Shown piece by piece: positions 50,419 through 60,060 of a DNA stretch of 64,000 bases. Source of the DNA: an uncultured Thermoleophilaceae bacterium (lineage in GTDB: Bacteria; Actinomycetota; Thermoleophilia; Solirubrobacterales; Thermoleophilaceae). Within the stretch, counting starts at the first letter, position 1; each line of letters starts with the position of its first letter. Made by a program: the position numbers and the translations under genes. A model generated the notes under the pieces. That model made no database searches. It saw only the letters and a list, made by a program, of their open reading frames with translations, and had not been told where the DNA came from. Location: contig CAWEHQ010000014.1 in NCBI GenBank assembly GCA_963808955.1, positions 52,091 to 116,090 of the forward strand. The letters are read 5' to 3'.

Positions 50419-50579
50419 AGAACCTGTCTCAAGACCGATCGTGGTCGGAGAGCCCCGTCTCCCGGATGCCATGGGCCGCACGCGAGCGGAGTCGATGCTG
50501 AGCATCGGCGAGCGAGCGGGTGGGCGCGTGGCGCCGGGAGACGGGGCTATACGGTCGCGAGAGTCTTGAGACAGGTTCT
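50419..50579. repeat. 161-bp nested imperfect palindrome between lctP stop and glcD start (candidate structured RNA, intercistronic terminator or MITE-like element)
   Basis: Perfect complementary arms: 50419-50435 with 50563-50579 (17 nt) and 50451-50465 with 50534-50548 (15 nt). The central hairpin cgatgc-tga-gcatcg is at 50493-50507. Spacers on the two sides are 15 vs 14 nt and 27 vs 26 nt. Confidence 0.8.
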
Positions 50580-52252
50580 CAGGGAGTCGGCCCGACGACC
50601 ATCCACTCCAGCACCGGCGTCGACTGGAGGTAGACGATCGCCCCCATCAGCAGCACCAGCAGGATGCTCCACTTCAGGACGCGACGGAAGATGTCGCCCT
50701 CCTGCCCCGCCATCCCCACGGCCGCGGCGCCGATCGCCAGGTTCTGCGGCGAGATCATCTTGCCGAGCACCCCGCCCGAGCTGTTCGCCGCCGCCATCAG
50801 CGTCGGGGACAGGCCCGCGTCGTTCGCTGCGGTGACCTGGAGCGCGCCGAAGAGCGAGTTCGAGGAGGTGTCCGAGCCCGTGACCGCGACGCCCAGCCAA
50901 CCGATGATCGACGAGAGGAAGGCGAAAAACGCGCCCGCGCCGGCCGCCCACAGGCCGAGCGTGATCGTCTGGCCCGACGTGTTCATGACGAACGCAAGCG
51001 CCAGCACGGCGGCAACGGTGAGGATCGCCCACTTGAGCTGGTCGAGCGACTCCGCGTAGGTCCTGAGAGCACGGCCGATGCCGACACGCAGGATCGGCAG
51101 CGTGAGGAGCCCCGAGATCAGCAGCAGGGTCCCCGCCGCGGAGAACCAGTTCAGCTCGTAGGTCGAGTCGAAGGGCTCGCCCTCCGAGGTGATGACCTCC
51201 AGACCCGGCCACGCGAACGAGGTGGTGAGGCTCTCGAGCGCGTCCTTGATCGCCGGTATCTGAGCAACCGCGAAGACGGCGATGATCACCGCGTAGGGGG
51301 CGTACGCGCCGATCACGTCGCGCGCGCTGTCGGAGCCCTCCCGTTGGCGCCGGACCTCTCCCTCGTGCGTCGGATCGTGCCGGTCCGCTCCCGCGACCGC
51401 GGGCCGATCGGGGCCGTCAGACTCCCCGAGCAGCGGCTCGGAAGGCCGCCACACCTGCAGGAACGCGACCAGCGCGCCCGCCGACAGCAGCGAGGCCACG
51501 ATGTCGGTCAGCTCCACCGAGATGTAGTTCGAGCAGACGAACTGTCCGATAGCGAAGGTGACCCCGGTGACCACCGCGGCGGGCCACGCCTGGCGCACAC
51601 CGCGCATGCCGTCGACCATCCCGATCAGGATCACCGGCACGATCAGCGCGAGCAGCGGTGTCTGCCGCCCGACCATCGCGCCGAGGTCCTCCTTCGGCAG
51701 CCCGGTGATCTCCGCCAGCGTCACGATCGGGATCGCGATCGCGCCGAACGCGACCGGCGCGGTGTTAGCCACCAGCGCCACCGCCGCCCCGAGCAGCGGT
51801 CGGAACCCGAGCGCCATCAGCATCACCGCGGTGATCGCGACCGGTGTGCCGAAGCCGGCGAGCGCCTCGAGGAGCGCGCCGAACGAGAACGCGATGATGA
51901 CCGCCTGGACGCGCTGATCGTCACTCACCTTCGAGAAGGTCCGGCGCAGCACCTGGAAGTGACCGGTCTTGACCGTCAGGTTGTAGATCCAGATCGCGTT
52001 GATGACGATCCACATGATCGGAAACAGCCCGAACGCAGCCCCGAATGCGGCCGCGTCGACGGCCTGCCCGAAAGGCATCGAATAGACGGCGAGCGCGACC
52101 ACCACACCGGTAACAAGGGCGATCAGGGATGCCCACTGGGCCGGCATCCGCACCACCCCCAAGAGAACGAACAGGGTGATCAGCGGCAGCGCGGCGAAGA
52201 TCGAGGTGAGCCCGAGCGAGCCACCGACGGGGTCAAGTACCTGCTCGTACAC
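50579..52252 (-). CDS. L-lactate/glycolate permease (LctP family)
   Basis: 557 aa and polytopic. LPLITLFVLLGVVRMPAQWASL, FGLFPIMWIVINAIWIYNLTVKTG, and GVAVTGSDTSSNSLFGALQ. Confidence 0.92.
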   Translation of the reverse strand: MYEQVLDPVGGSLGLTSIFAALPLITLFVLLGVVRMPAQWASLIALVTGVVVALAVYSMPFGQAVDAAAFGAAFGLFPIMWIVINAIWIYNLTVKTGHFQVLRRTFSKVSDDQRVQAVIIAFSFGALLEALAGFGTPVAITAVMLMALGFRPLLGAAVALVANTAPVAFGAIAIPIVTLAEITGLPKEDLGAMVGRQTPLLALIVPVILIGMVDGMRGVRQAWPAAVVTGVTFAIGQFVCSNYISVELTDIVASLLSAGALVAFLQVWRPSEPLLGESDGPDRPAVAGADRHDPTHEGEVRRQREGSDSARDVIGAYAPYAVIIAVFAVAQIPAIKDALESLTTSFAWPGLEVITSEGEPFDSTYELNWFSAAGTLLLISGLLTLPILRVGIGRALRTYAESLDQLKWAILTVAAVLALAFVMNTSGQTITLGLWAAGAGAFFAFLSSIIGWLGVAVTGSDTSSNSLFGALQVTAANDAGLSPTLMAAANSSGGVLGKMISPQNLAIGAAAVGMAGQEGDIFRRVLKWSILLVLLMGAIVYLQSTPVLEWMVVGPTP

Positions 52253-52387
52253 AGCCCCTCCCTCCGTAGGGCGGGCGGCGCCCTGCCGGGCCCCGGCCCA
52301 GAATTTGTGCGGAAGCTAGCCTGATTTGGCGATGATGATGCCCAGGGCGCTGGAACCGAAACTCCGGACGACGTCAGTCATCTAGCG

Positions 52388-53133
52388 GTGCGCGCCGCCA
52401 TCTTCATCACCTGCCTTGCGGACACGCTCTACCCGCAGACCGGGCGGGCGACCGTCGACCTGCTCGAGCGGCTCGGCCACGAGGTGTACTTCCCTGAGGA
52501 GCAGACCTGCTGTGGCCAGATGCACTTCAACTCAGGCTACGCGCGTGAGGCCGCGCCGCTCGTGCGCCGGTTCGTTCAGATCTTCGACGACGCGGAGGCG
52601 GTGGTCTGCCCATCCGGCTCGTGTGTGGGGATGGTCCGCGAGGGCTATGCGCGCCTCGCCGCCGACACCGGCGACGCCGGACTCGCCGCGGCCGTCTCCG
52701 AGCTCGCTCCGCGCGTCCACGAGCTGTCGGAGCTCCTCGTGCATCGGCTGGGCGATGGAGGACGTGGGCGCGTACTTCCCGCACCGGGTGACCTACCACC
52801 CGACCTGCCACTCGCTGCGCGCGCTCAGGGTGGGGGACGCGCCGCTGCGCCTGCTGCGGTCGGTCAAGGGGATCGACCTGGTCGACGCTGCCGGACGCCG
52901 AGGAGTGCTGTGGCTTCGGCGGCACGTTCGCGGTCAAGAACGCCGACACGTCCACGGCGATCCTGGCCGACAAGCTTCGCTGCGTCCTCGACACGCGCGC
53001 CGAGGTCTGCACCGCACTCGACAATTCGTGCCTGATGCACATCGGGGGCGCGCTCGCGCGCCAGCGCACCGGCGTGCGCACGCTCCATCTCGCCGAGATC
53101 CTGGCGTCGACCGAGGAGGCGCCGGCGCCGTGA
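52388..53133 (+). pseudogene. lutA: lactate utilization protein A (LutA; (Fe-S) oxidoreductase with CCG domains), frame-disrupted as sequenced (shifts near 52750 and 52885)
   Basis: [51 protein letters not shown], then (shift) [13 protein letters not shown]...GIDLVD, then (shift) [22 protein letters not shown]...CLMHIGG. Confidence 0.85.
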
Positions 53134-54589
53134 GCACCGCCGCGCGGCGCACCCCGTTCCCGCAGGCTGCACGCCCGGCGCTCGCGGACGCGCAGCTGCG
53201 GCGCAACCTCGGGCACGCCACGCGCACGATCCGCGCCAAGCGGGCCGGCGTCGTCGAGGAGCTGCCCGACTGGGAGACGCTGCGCGAAGCGGGGCGGGCG
53301 CTCAAGGAGCGCACGCTCCGCCACCTTGACGACTACCTCGAGCAGTTCGAGGCGGCCGTGCAGGCGGCCGGAGGCCACGTCCACTGGGCGCGCGACGCAG
53401 GCGAGGCGAACCGCATCGTCGCCGGGCTTGCGCAGCGACCATGGTGCCGACGAGGTCGTGAAGGTGAAGTCGCTCGACCTCCGACGAGGTCGAGCTCAAC
53501 GACGCGCTTGCGGCGGCGGGGTACGCGCGGTGGAGACCGACCTGGCCGAGCTGATCGTGCAGCTCGCGGACGATCGTCAGTCGCACATCCTGGTGCCGGC
53601 GATCCACCTGGGCCGAGCGGAGATCCGCGAGCTGTTCCTGCGCGAGCTCGACCTGGACGAGCTCTCCGACGATCCCGCGGAGATCGCGGAGGCGGCACGG
53701 CTGCACCTGCGGCGCGCCTTCCTACGCGCCAAGGTCGGGTTCAGCGGCGCGAACTTCGGCGTCGCAGAGACGGGCACGGTCTGCGTCGTCGAGTCGGAGG
53801 GGAACGGCCGAATGTGCCTCACGCTGCCGCCGGTGCTGATCACGTTGATGGGGATCGAGAAGGTCGTGCCGAGCTGGCGCGATCTGGAGGTCTTCCTGCA
53901 GCTGCTGCCGCGATCCTCGACCGGCGAGCGGATGAACCCCTACACCTCGCTCTGGACCGGCACCACCGACGACGACGGCCCGCAGGAGTTCCACGTGATC
54001 CTGCTGGACAACGGCCGAAGCGACGTGCTGGCGGACGCGGTCGGGCGCCAGACGCTGGGGTGCATTCGCTGCAGCGCCTGCCTCGAACGTCTGCCCCGTC
54101 TACGACCCGCACCGGCGGACATGCATACCGCTCGGTCTACCCGGGCCCGATCGGCGCCATCCTGACCCCGCAGCTGGCAGGCCTCGACGAGGCGGGATCG
54201 CTCCCGTTCGCATCGAGTCTGTGCGGGGCGTGCTACGAGGTGTGTCCGGTCAAGATCGACATTCCCGCGCGTGCTGGTCCACCTTCGCGAGCAGGTCGTC
54301 GAGCGGCGACCTTCCGGGGTGGGCGGACGGCTCCGGGGCCCTCGCCGACCCCGAGCGCGCGGCGATGAGGACGATGGCGTGGTTGTTCTCGGATCGAGGC
54401 CGCTACGAGCGTGCCCAGAGAGCGGGGCGGCTCGGGCAGCTGCCGCTGGTACGCCGCCGGGGCAGGATCGAGCGACTGCCCGGTCCGCTCTCGGGCTGGA
54501 CCACCTCGCGCGACCTACCTGCTGTGCCCGAGCAGAGCTTCCGCGACTGGTGGCGGAAGCGAGCGGACGGCCGCGAGGACGCCGCGTGA
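53130..54589 (+). pseudogene. lutB: lactate utilization protein B (LutB; iron-sulfur cluster-binding), heavily frame-disrupted as sequenced (at least 7 shifts)
   Basis: Conserved blocks are scattered over all three frames: [16 protein letters not shown]; [12 protein letters not shown]; [16 protein letters not shown]; [26 protein letters not shown]; [25 protein letters not shown]; CIRCSACL / NVCPVYD / [21 protein letters not shown]; [15 protein letters not shown]; and the tail ...FRDWWRKR ending at 54589. Confidence 0.85.
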
Positions 54590-55236
54590 GCGCTGCTCGC
54601 GACGCCGTCCTGGCGCGGGTGCGCGCCGCCCTCGAGGACGTCCCCGCCGCCGAGCGGTCGAGCGACGTCGCGGTCGAGCGCGGCTACCGGCGCGAGCTCG
54701 ACCCGACTGCGGGGGACGCCGGCGACCTGTTCCGCCGACGCGTGGCCGACTACCGCGCGAGCGTGAGCGGTGTTCCGCGCGCGGACGTGCCGCGGGCGGT
54801 GGATGAGGCGTGCTCCGGGCGCGGGATTCGGAGCCTGGTCGTACCGGCTGGCTTTCCGCCGGCCTTGCTGCCCGCCGCGGTGGAGGCGATCCCTGACGAC
54901 GACCTCTCGTACGAGCGCCTCGACGAGATCGGTGCGGTGATCACGACCTGCGCGGTGGGCATCGCCGAGACCGGCACCATCGTGCTCGACGGCGGCGAGG
55001 GTCAGGGGCGGCGGGCGCTGTCGCTGATTCCCGACCTCCACGTGTGCGTGGTCGAGGCCGACCGGATCGTCGGCACGGTGCCGGAAGCGATGCGCCGGCT
55101 CGAGCCGGCCGTGCGCGACCACGGCTCGCCGCTGACGTTCGTGTCGGGGCCCTCCGCGACCTCCGACATCGAGCTCGATCGGGTGGAGGGCGTCCACGGC
55201 CCCCGTGACCTCGTCGTGATCGTCGCCGATGCCTGA
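54586..55236 (+). CDS. lutC: lactate utilization protein C (LutC; LUD domain)
   Basis: The GTG start overlaps the lutB stop (GTGA). AVITTCAVGIAETGTIVLDGGEGQGRRALSLIPDLHVCVV...TFVSGPSATSDIE. Confidence 0.85.
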   Translation: MSAARDAVLARVRAALEDVPAAERSSDVAVERGYRRELDPTAGDAGDLFRRRVADYRASVSGVPRADVPRAVDEACSGRGIRSLVVPAGFPPALLPAAVEAIPDDDLSYERLDEIGAVITTCAVGIAETGTIVLDGGEGQGRRALSLIPDLHVCVVEADRIVGTVPEAMRRLEPAVRDHGSPLTFVSGPSATSDIELDRVEGVHGPRDLVVIVADA

Positions 55237-56089
55237 CGCGGTGGCTCGCACGATCGCCCTGATCTCGAGCCCCGGCGCGGGTCGCGGCTACAAGGCGGAC
55301 TCGCTGAGCGAGCGCCTGCGGGCGTATGGAGCGCAGGTCCTCGTGTTCCGCATCGATCGGCTGGATCCCGTCGCGTCCGCGCAACCGGATCGCCTGGTCG
55401 TGGCCGGCGGGGACGGCAGCATCGGTCCCGCGGCCGATCTGGCACGAACGCTCGACGTACCGCTCGCCGCCGTGCCCGTGGGAACGGCGAACAACTTCGC
55501 GCGCGCGGAGGGGGTGCCGAGCGATGTCGACGCGGCGTGCAAGCTCGCGGCGACCGGCGAGCGGACGCGTGCCGTCGAGCTCGGCCGTGCTGGGGACGTG
55601 CCCTTCGTGAACCTCGCCAGCGCCGGGCTGGCGCCGGTGGCGGCGCAGCGTGCGGTGAAGTTGAAGCGGGCGCTCGGCCCCGCCGCCTACAGCGTCGGCG
55701 CGGCCGTCGCCGCGCTCACCACGGCGCCCATCCCCTGCGAGGTGAGGGCCGCCGGAGAGCGCGCCTTCGCCGGCGAGACGTGGCAGGTGATGGTCGCCTC
55801 GTCCGGAGCGTTCGGCCCCGGGGTGCAGGTCGAGGGCACCGACACGGCGGACGGCGCCCTGGACGCGGTCGTGCTCCGAGCCGGGCCACGCACCGACCTG
55901 ATACGCCGCGGCTGGTGGATGCGCCAGGGCCGGATCGGCACCCAGCCCGGGGCGGTGTGTGCCCGGGCGCCGGTGCTCGAGGTCGACGTCCCAGAGGGAA
56001 CCGCGTTCAACGTCGACGGTGAGGTGCTGGAGCTCGGACCGACGCGCTTCACCGTGGAGCGCGCCGCCTTCCGCCTGGTCGTTCCGTAG
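55229..56089 (+). CDS. diacylglycerol/lipid kinase family protein (YegS/BmrU-like)
   Basis: IALISSPGAGRG, LVVAGGDGSIGPAA, and VPVGTANNFARA. Confidence 0.85.
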   Translation: MPDAVARTIALISSPGAGRGYKADSLSERLRAYGAQVLVFRIDRLDPVASAQPDRLVVAGGDGSIGPAADLARTLDVPLAAVPVGTANNFARAEGVPSDVDAACKLAATGERTRAVELGRAGDVPFVNLASAGLAPVAAQRAVKLKRALGPAAYSVGAAVAALTTAPIPCEVRAAGERAFAGETWQVMVASSGAFGPGVQVEGTDTADGALDAVVLRAGPRTDLIRRGWWMRQGRIGTQPGAVCARAPVLEVDVPEGTAFNVDGEVLELGPTRFTVERAAFRLVVP

Positions 56090-56115
56090 ATACCGGCCCC
56101 CAGGCTGGCCCGCCC

Positions 56116-56739
56116 CTACCGGGCGTCGCTCGCCACGAACTCGTCGGCGTCGGCGGCCTGGTCGGCACCAGCCGTCTGCGCCGCGAGCTCCTCGTGCCGC
56201 CCCTCGGCGAACTCCTCCACGATCTTGTCGCAGAACGCCGGCAGGTCGTCCGGGCGGCGGCTCGACACCAGGCCGTTGTCCACCACGACCTCCTCGTCGA
56301 CCCAGTTCGCGTCGGCGTTCCGGAGGTCGGTCCGCAGGCTCGGGTACGAGGTGATGGTCTTGCCACGCACCACGTCAGCCTCGATCAGCGTCCAGGGACC
56401 GTGGCAGATCACGCCGACCGGCTTGCCGGCCTCGAGGAACTCGCGCGTGAAGCGGACGGCGTCGGCGTCCTGGCGCAGGAAGTCCGGGTTCGCGACGCCG
56501 CCCGGGAGGATCAGGCCGTCGTAGTCCGAGGCCGAGACCTCCGACGCGGCGCGATCGACCTGGAAGGTGTCGCCGTTCTCGAGGTGCTGGTGAGCCTGGA
56601 TCTCGCCCGTCTCGGGCGAGACCAGGTCGGTCTCGGCGCCGGCCGCCTCCACGGCGTCGCGCGGCTGCTCGAGCTCGACCTGCTCGACCCCCTTGGTTGC
56701 GAGGATCGCGATTCGCTTTCCGTTCAAGGTGTCGGCCAT
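56116..56739 (-). CDS. DJ-1/PfpI family type 1 glutamine amidotransferase-like protein
   Basis: KRIAILATKGVEQVEL, YDGLILPGGVANPD, and PVGVICHGPWTL (nucleophile elbow Cys-His). Confidence 0.9.
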   Translation of the reverse strand: MADTLNGKRIAILATKGVEQVELEQPRDAVEAAGAETDLVSPETGEIQAHQHLENGDTFQVDRAASEVSASDYDGLILPGGVANPDFLRQDADAVRFTREFLEAGKPVGVICHGPWTLIEADVVRGKTITSYPSLRTDLRNADANWVDEEVVVDNGLVSSRRPDDLPAFCDKIVEEFAEGRHEELAAQTAGADQAADADEFVASDAR

Positions 56740-56818
56740 CGGTGCCCCTTCGGTCGAAATCTCGGTTCGCCCGAGTGCTACCGCAGCGAGCGTCGGGGTA
56801 AACGACGATCGCCGGCGC

Positions 56819-58199
56819 TCAGCCCGGTTCCGCCGCCAGCACCTCGCGCGCGGCTTCCTCCCCGGACCGAACCGCGCCGTCCATGTAGCCCATCCAGGCC
56901 GTCGCGGTCTCGGCGCCCGCCCAGTGCACCCGGCCGACCGGCCGCCTGAGCGCGGGCCCGTAGTCGGTCCACCCTCCGGTCGGGAAGTAGCCGCCGTAGC
57001 AGCCGCGGCTCCACTCCTCCTCCGCCCAGCTCCGCTCGATGTAGCGCTCCGGCTCCCCCGCGCGCTGGCCGAAGAAGCGAGCGAAGCCGTCCAGGACCGC
57101 GCGCCGGCGCTCCTCAGCCGGACGCGACCCGAGCCGGCGAGCCTCGCGCGCCTCCAGGAAGCCGAGCAGCACGCCGGGCCGGCCGTCGGGCGGCGAGTTG
57201 TCGAATACGACCTTGACCGGCCCCGAGGTGCTGGCGGCCTGACCGTTCAGCCCGACGGTGCGCCAGAAGGGCTCGTCGTAGACCGCCATGCACTTGATCA
57301 CCGTCCCCTGCGGCATGCGCTGGGTGAGCTGGTCGCGCAGGCCCGGGAGCGGCGGGTCGTACGCGATGCGACCGCAGAGGGTGGGTGAGATGGCGACGAT
57401 CGCGTGCCGGGCGCTCACCTCAACGCCATCGTCGGCCGTCAGGCGGACCGCGTCGCCGGTCTGCTCGATGCGCCGCACCGGCGCCTCGAGCCTGACCTCC
57501 GCCGCCAGGCGCTCCGCCACCCGCTCGGCAACAAGCTGCGAGCCGCCCACGAAGCGATCCTGCTGCGCTCCACCGCCGGTGTCGGTGAGCATCTCGAAGG
57601 CGCCCGCCGAGCGGACGTAGAAGAGCACGTGCAGCAGCGAGACGTCCTCCGGGCCTGCGGCCCAGACGCCCTCGATCGAGAGCCTGATCAGGTCCCGTGC
57701 GCCGCGCGTGAACACGTTGCGGCGCATCCACGACCAGAAGCTCTGGGCATCGAGCCGCGCGGCACCCTTCGCCCGCCACGGGGCCTCCACGGGGACCCTG
57801 CGGGCCAGGCGGTTGATCTTCAGCTGCGCCTGCTGCAGGTCGAGCAGGACGGCGCGCCCGAGCGGCGGGATCTCCCCCGAGTAGCGCCGTACGTCACCAC
57901 CCGTCTCGATCAGGTAGTCGCCTTCGTCGTGGGTCGCGAACGTCTCCACGCCGACGGAGCGGGCGAGCGCCAGCATTCGGTCCTGGGTCGGGCCGACCCA
58001 CTGTCCGCCGACCTCGACGACGTTGCCGTCGCCGATGGACTCGTTGAGGACGCGCCCCCCTACCCGGTCGCGGGCCTCCAGCACCTCGACCGACCTGCCG
58101 GCGGCCTCGAGCTCACGCGCCGCGGCGAGCCCGGCGAGCCCCGCGCCCACCACCGCAACGTCTGCTTCGCTTCCGCCCTTCGACCGCTTCGGAGGCATG
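56819..58199 (-). CDS. FAD-dependent flavin monoamine/amine oxidase
   Basis: The start is at MPPKRSKGG (58199). DVAVVGAGLAGLAAARELEAAGRSVEVLEARDRVGGRV (dinucleotide fold) and the C-terminal HWAGAETATAWMGYMDGAVRSG. Confidence 0.88.
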
Positions 58200-58236
58200 C
58201 GGATGCAAGCTATCCGAGTGCCTACACTCCGGGGCG

Positions 58237-59451
58237 ATGCCACGGCCGAATCCCTGGCTCGCGCTGTTCGTCGTCACACGCCTGATCGCGACAGCCGCCG
58301 GGGTCGCGCTGCTGATAGCGCACGACGTGACCGAGAACAACGTCGCACTGGCGGCGGTGGCCGTCGTCTACGGCGGCGGCACGATCGTGGCCGCCGTCGT
58401 GTTCCGGGCGCTGCAGCACAGGCCGGCGGCCTGGGCGATCGACGCCGCCGCGCTGATGGCGTTGATCCTCGCCACCGACACCTTTCGCAGCCCGTTCTAC
58501 CTGCTCGGCCTCACCGCGCTGATCCTGCCCGCCACGGGTCTTCCGGTCAGGCGTGCGTTCGCCTTCGGCTTCGGGTTCGGCACCGCGTACTTCGTGATCG
58601 CCGCCTCCACGGGCGTCAGCTGGAAGACGCTGGAGCAGACGTACAAGCTCGAGAGCTTCGCGACCCACCTGCTGGTGCCGCTGATCATCGTCATCACCCT
58701 CGCCTACGCGGGCGAGATGCTCCGGCGGCTCCAGCACGAGCGGGCTCGGTCGGAGCGGCTGGCGGTGGAGGCGGAGCGGCGGCGGATCGCCTTCGAGCTG
58801 CACGACTCGGCGAAGCAGCGCGTGCACGCCGCGCACCTCATGCTGAGCCAGCACCAGCGCCGCGACGCCGAGAAGGACCCGATGCTCGACCAGGCGCTCT
58901 CGGAGCTCCAGGCCGCGAGCGCCGACATCGACACGAGCCTCACCGAGCTGCGCACGCCGTTGGCCGACGTCGGCCTCCTGGAAGGCGTGCGGAAGCGCGC
59001 GACGGAGCTGGGGGGGCTGAGCGGAATACGCATCGAGGTCACGGGTGAGGTACCGGAGCTTCCGGCCACCACGGCAGCTCACGCCTTCCGGGTGGTCGGA
59101 GAGGCGATGACCAACGCTGTCCGCCACTCGGCCGCAACCCGGGTGCTGGTCGAGCTCTGCGGGCGCGACGGAAGGTTCACGGCCACGGTCTCAGACGATG
59201 GCCGCGGCCTGCCTCGCGAGCTGCGGCCGGGCTCGAACGGGATCCGCTCGATGAAGAGGCGCGCGCGGATGCTCGGCGGGACGCTCGACATCGCCGCCGG
59301 GGCGACGAGGGTCGGAGACGGCAACGGCAGGGCCGGCACGACCGTGCGGCTGGTCGTGCCGCTGGACGGCGTGCCGGGAGCGGGGAACGGGGCGCGCGGT
59401 GACCGTGGCGAGTGGCCCGTACCGAACCGCCAGGAACGGGTCCGGGCATGA
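58237..59451 (+). CDS. membrane sensor histidine kinase (HisKA_3 / NarX-DesK type)
   Basis: Five or six N-terminal TM segments, the H-box RRIAFELHDSAKQRVHAAHL, and the HATPase region EAMTNAVRHSAA...DDGRGL...GIRSMKRRARMLGG. Confidence 0.9.
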   Translation: MPRPNPWLALFVVTRLIATAAGVALLIAHDVTENNVALAAVAVVYGGGTIVAAVVFRALQHRPAAWAIDAAALMALILATDTFRSPFYLLGLTALILPATGLPVRRAFAFGFGFGTAYFVIAASTGVSWKTLEQTYKLESFATHLLVPLIIVITLAYAGEMLRRLQHERARSERLAVEAERRRIAFELHDSAKQRVHAAHLMLSQHQRRDAEKDPMLDQALSELQAASADIDTSLTELRTPLADVGLLEGVRKRATELGGLSGIRIEVTGEVPELPATTAAHAFRVVGEAMTNAVRHSAATRVLVELCGRDGRFTATVSDDGRGLPRELRPGSNGIRSMKRRARMLGGTLDIAAGATRVGDGNGRAGTTVRLVVPLDGVPGAGNGARGDRGEWPVPNRQERVRA

Positions 59452-60060
59452 TCCGCGTACTCCTCGTGGACGACCACCCGGCCCTGCGCGCCGGGCTCTA
59501 CACGGTGCTTCGCGCCGAGCCCGGCATCGTTCCGCAGGCCGCCGTGGCGTCGCCGACGGAGGCGCTCGAGGAGATGGAGCGCGGCCGTCCGGACCTGGTT
59601 CTCCTCGACTACCACCTCCAGGAGGGCGACGGCCTCTCGCTGTGCCATCGCCTGAAGACGAGCCCGGACCCGCCCCATGTCCTGATCTATTCCGCGTACG
59701 CCGACACCCAGCTCACGATCCCCGCGATGGTCGCCGACGCCGATGGCGTGGCGAACAAGGCCGCGCCCGCCGAGGACCTCTTCGACGCCATCAGGACGAT
59801 CTCGAGGGGCGGCTCGCTGCTGCCACCCGTGTCGCGGGAGCTACTCGAGGAGGCCTCGTCACGGCTCGACCCCGACGACCTCCCGATCCTCGGCATGATC
59901 ATGGACCGGACGCAGCGCGACGAGATCGCCGGCGTCCTGGACATCCCGCCCGAGACCCTCCGGCGGCGCATCGAGCGGATGCTGGAGGCGCTCCGGGTGG
60001 AGACGCCGGGCGTGCGCCGTCTAGCTCGCGCCGCCTACGGGATGCGCCGGAGCGGTCAGG
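59448..60060 (+). CDS. response regulator (REC domain plus an atypical HTH output); 3' end uncertain
   Basis: The ATG overlaps the kinase stop. MIRVLLVDDHPALRAGL...PDLVLLDYHLQEGDG...VLIYSAY gives the REC domain. LPILGMIMDRTQRDEIAGVLDIPPETLRRRIERMLEAL gives the HTH. The frame has no stop until 60392, deep inside the convergent cyclase gene. The end given here is therefore an estimate. Confidence 0.75.

Noticed and set aside
52253-52387. FadR/GntR-type operator (TGGT-N3-ACCA) in the lctP/lutA divergent spacer.
   Set aside because: I found no convincing palindrome of that type by eye, so it is not reported as a feature.
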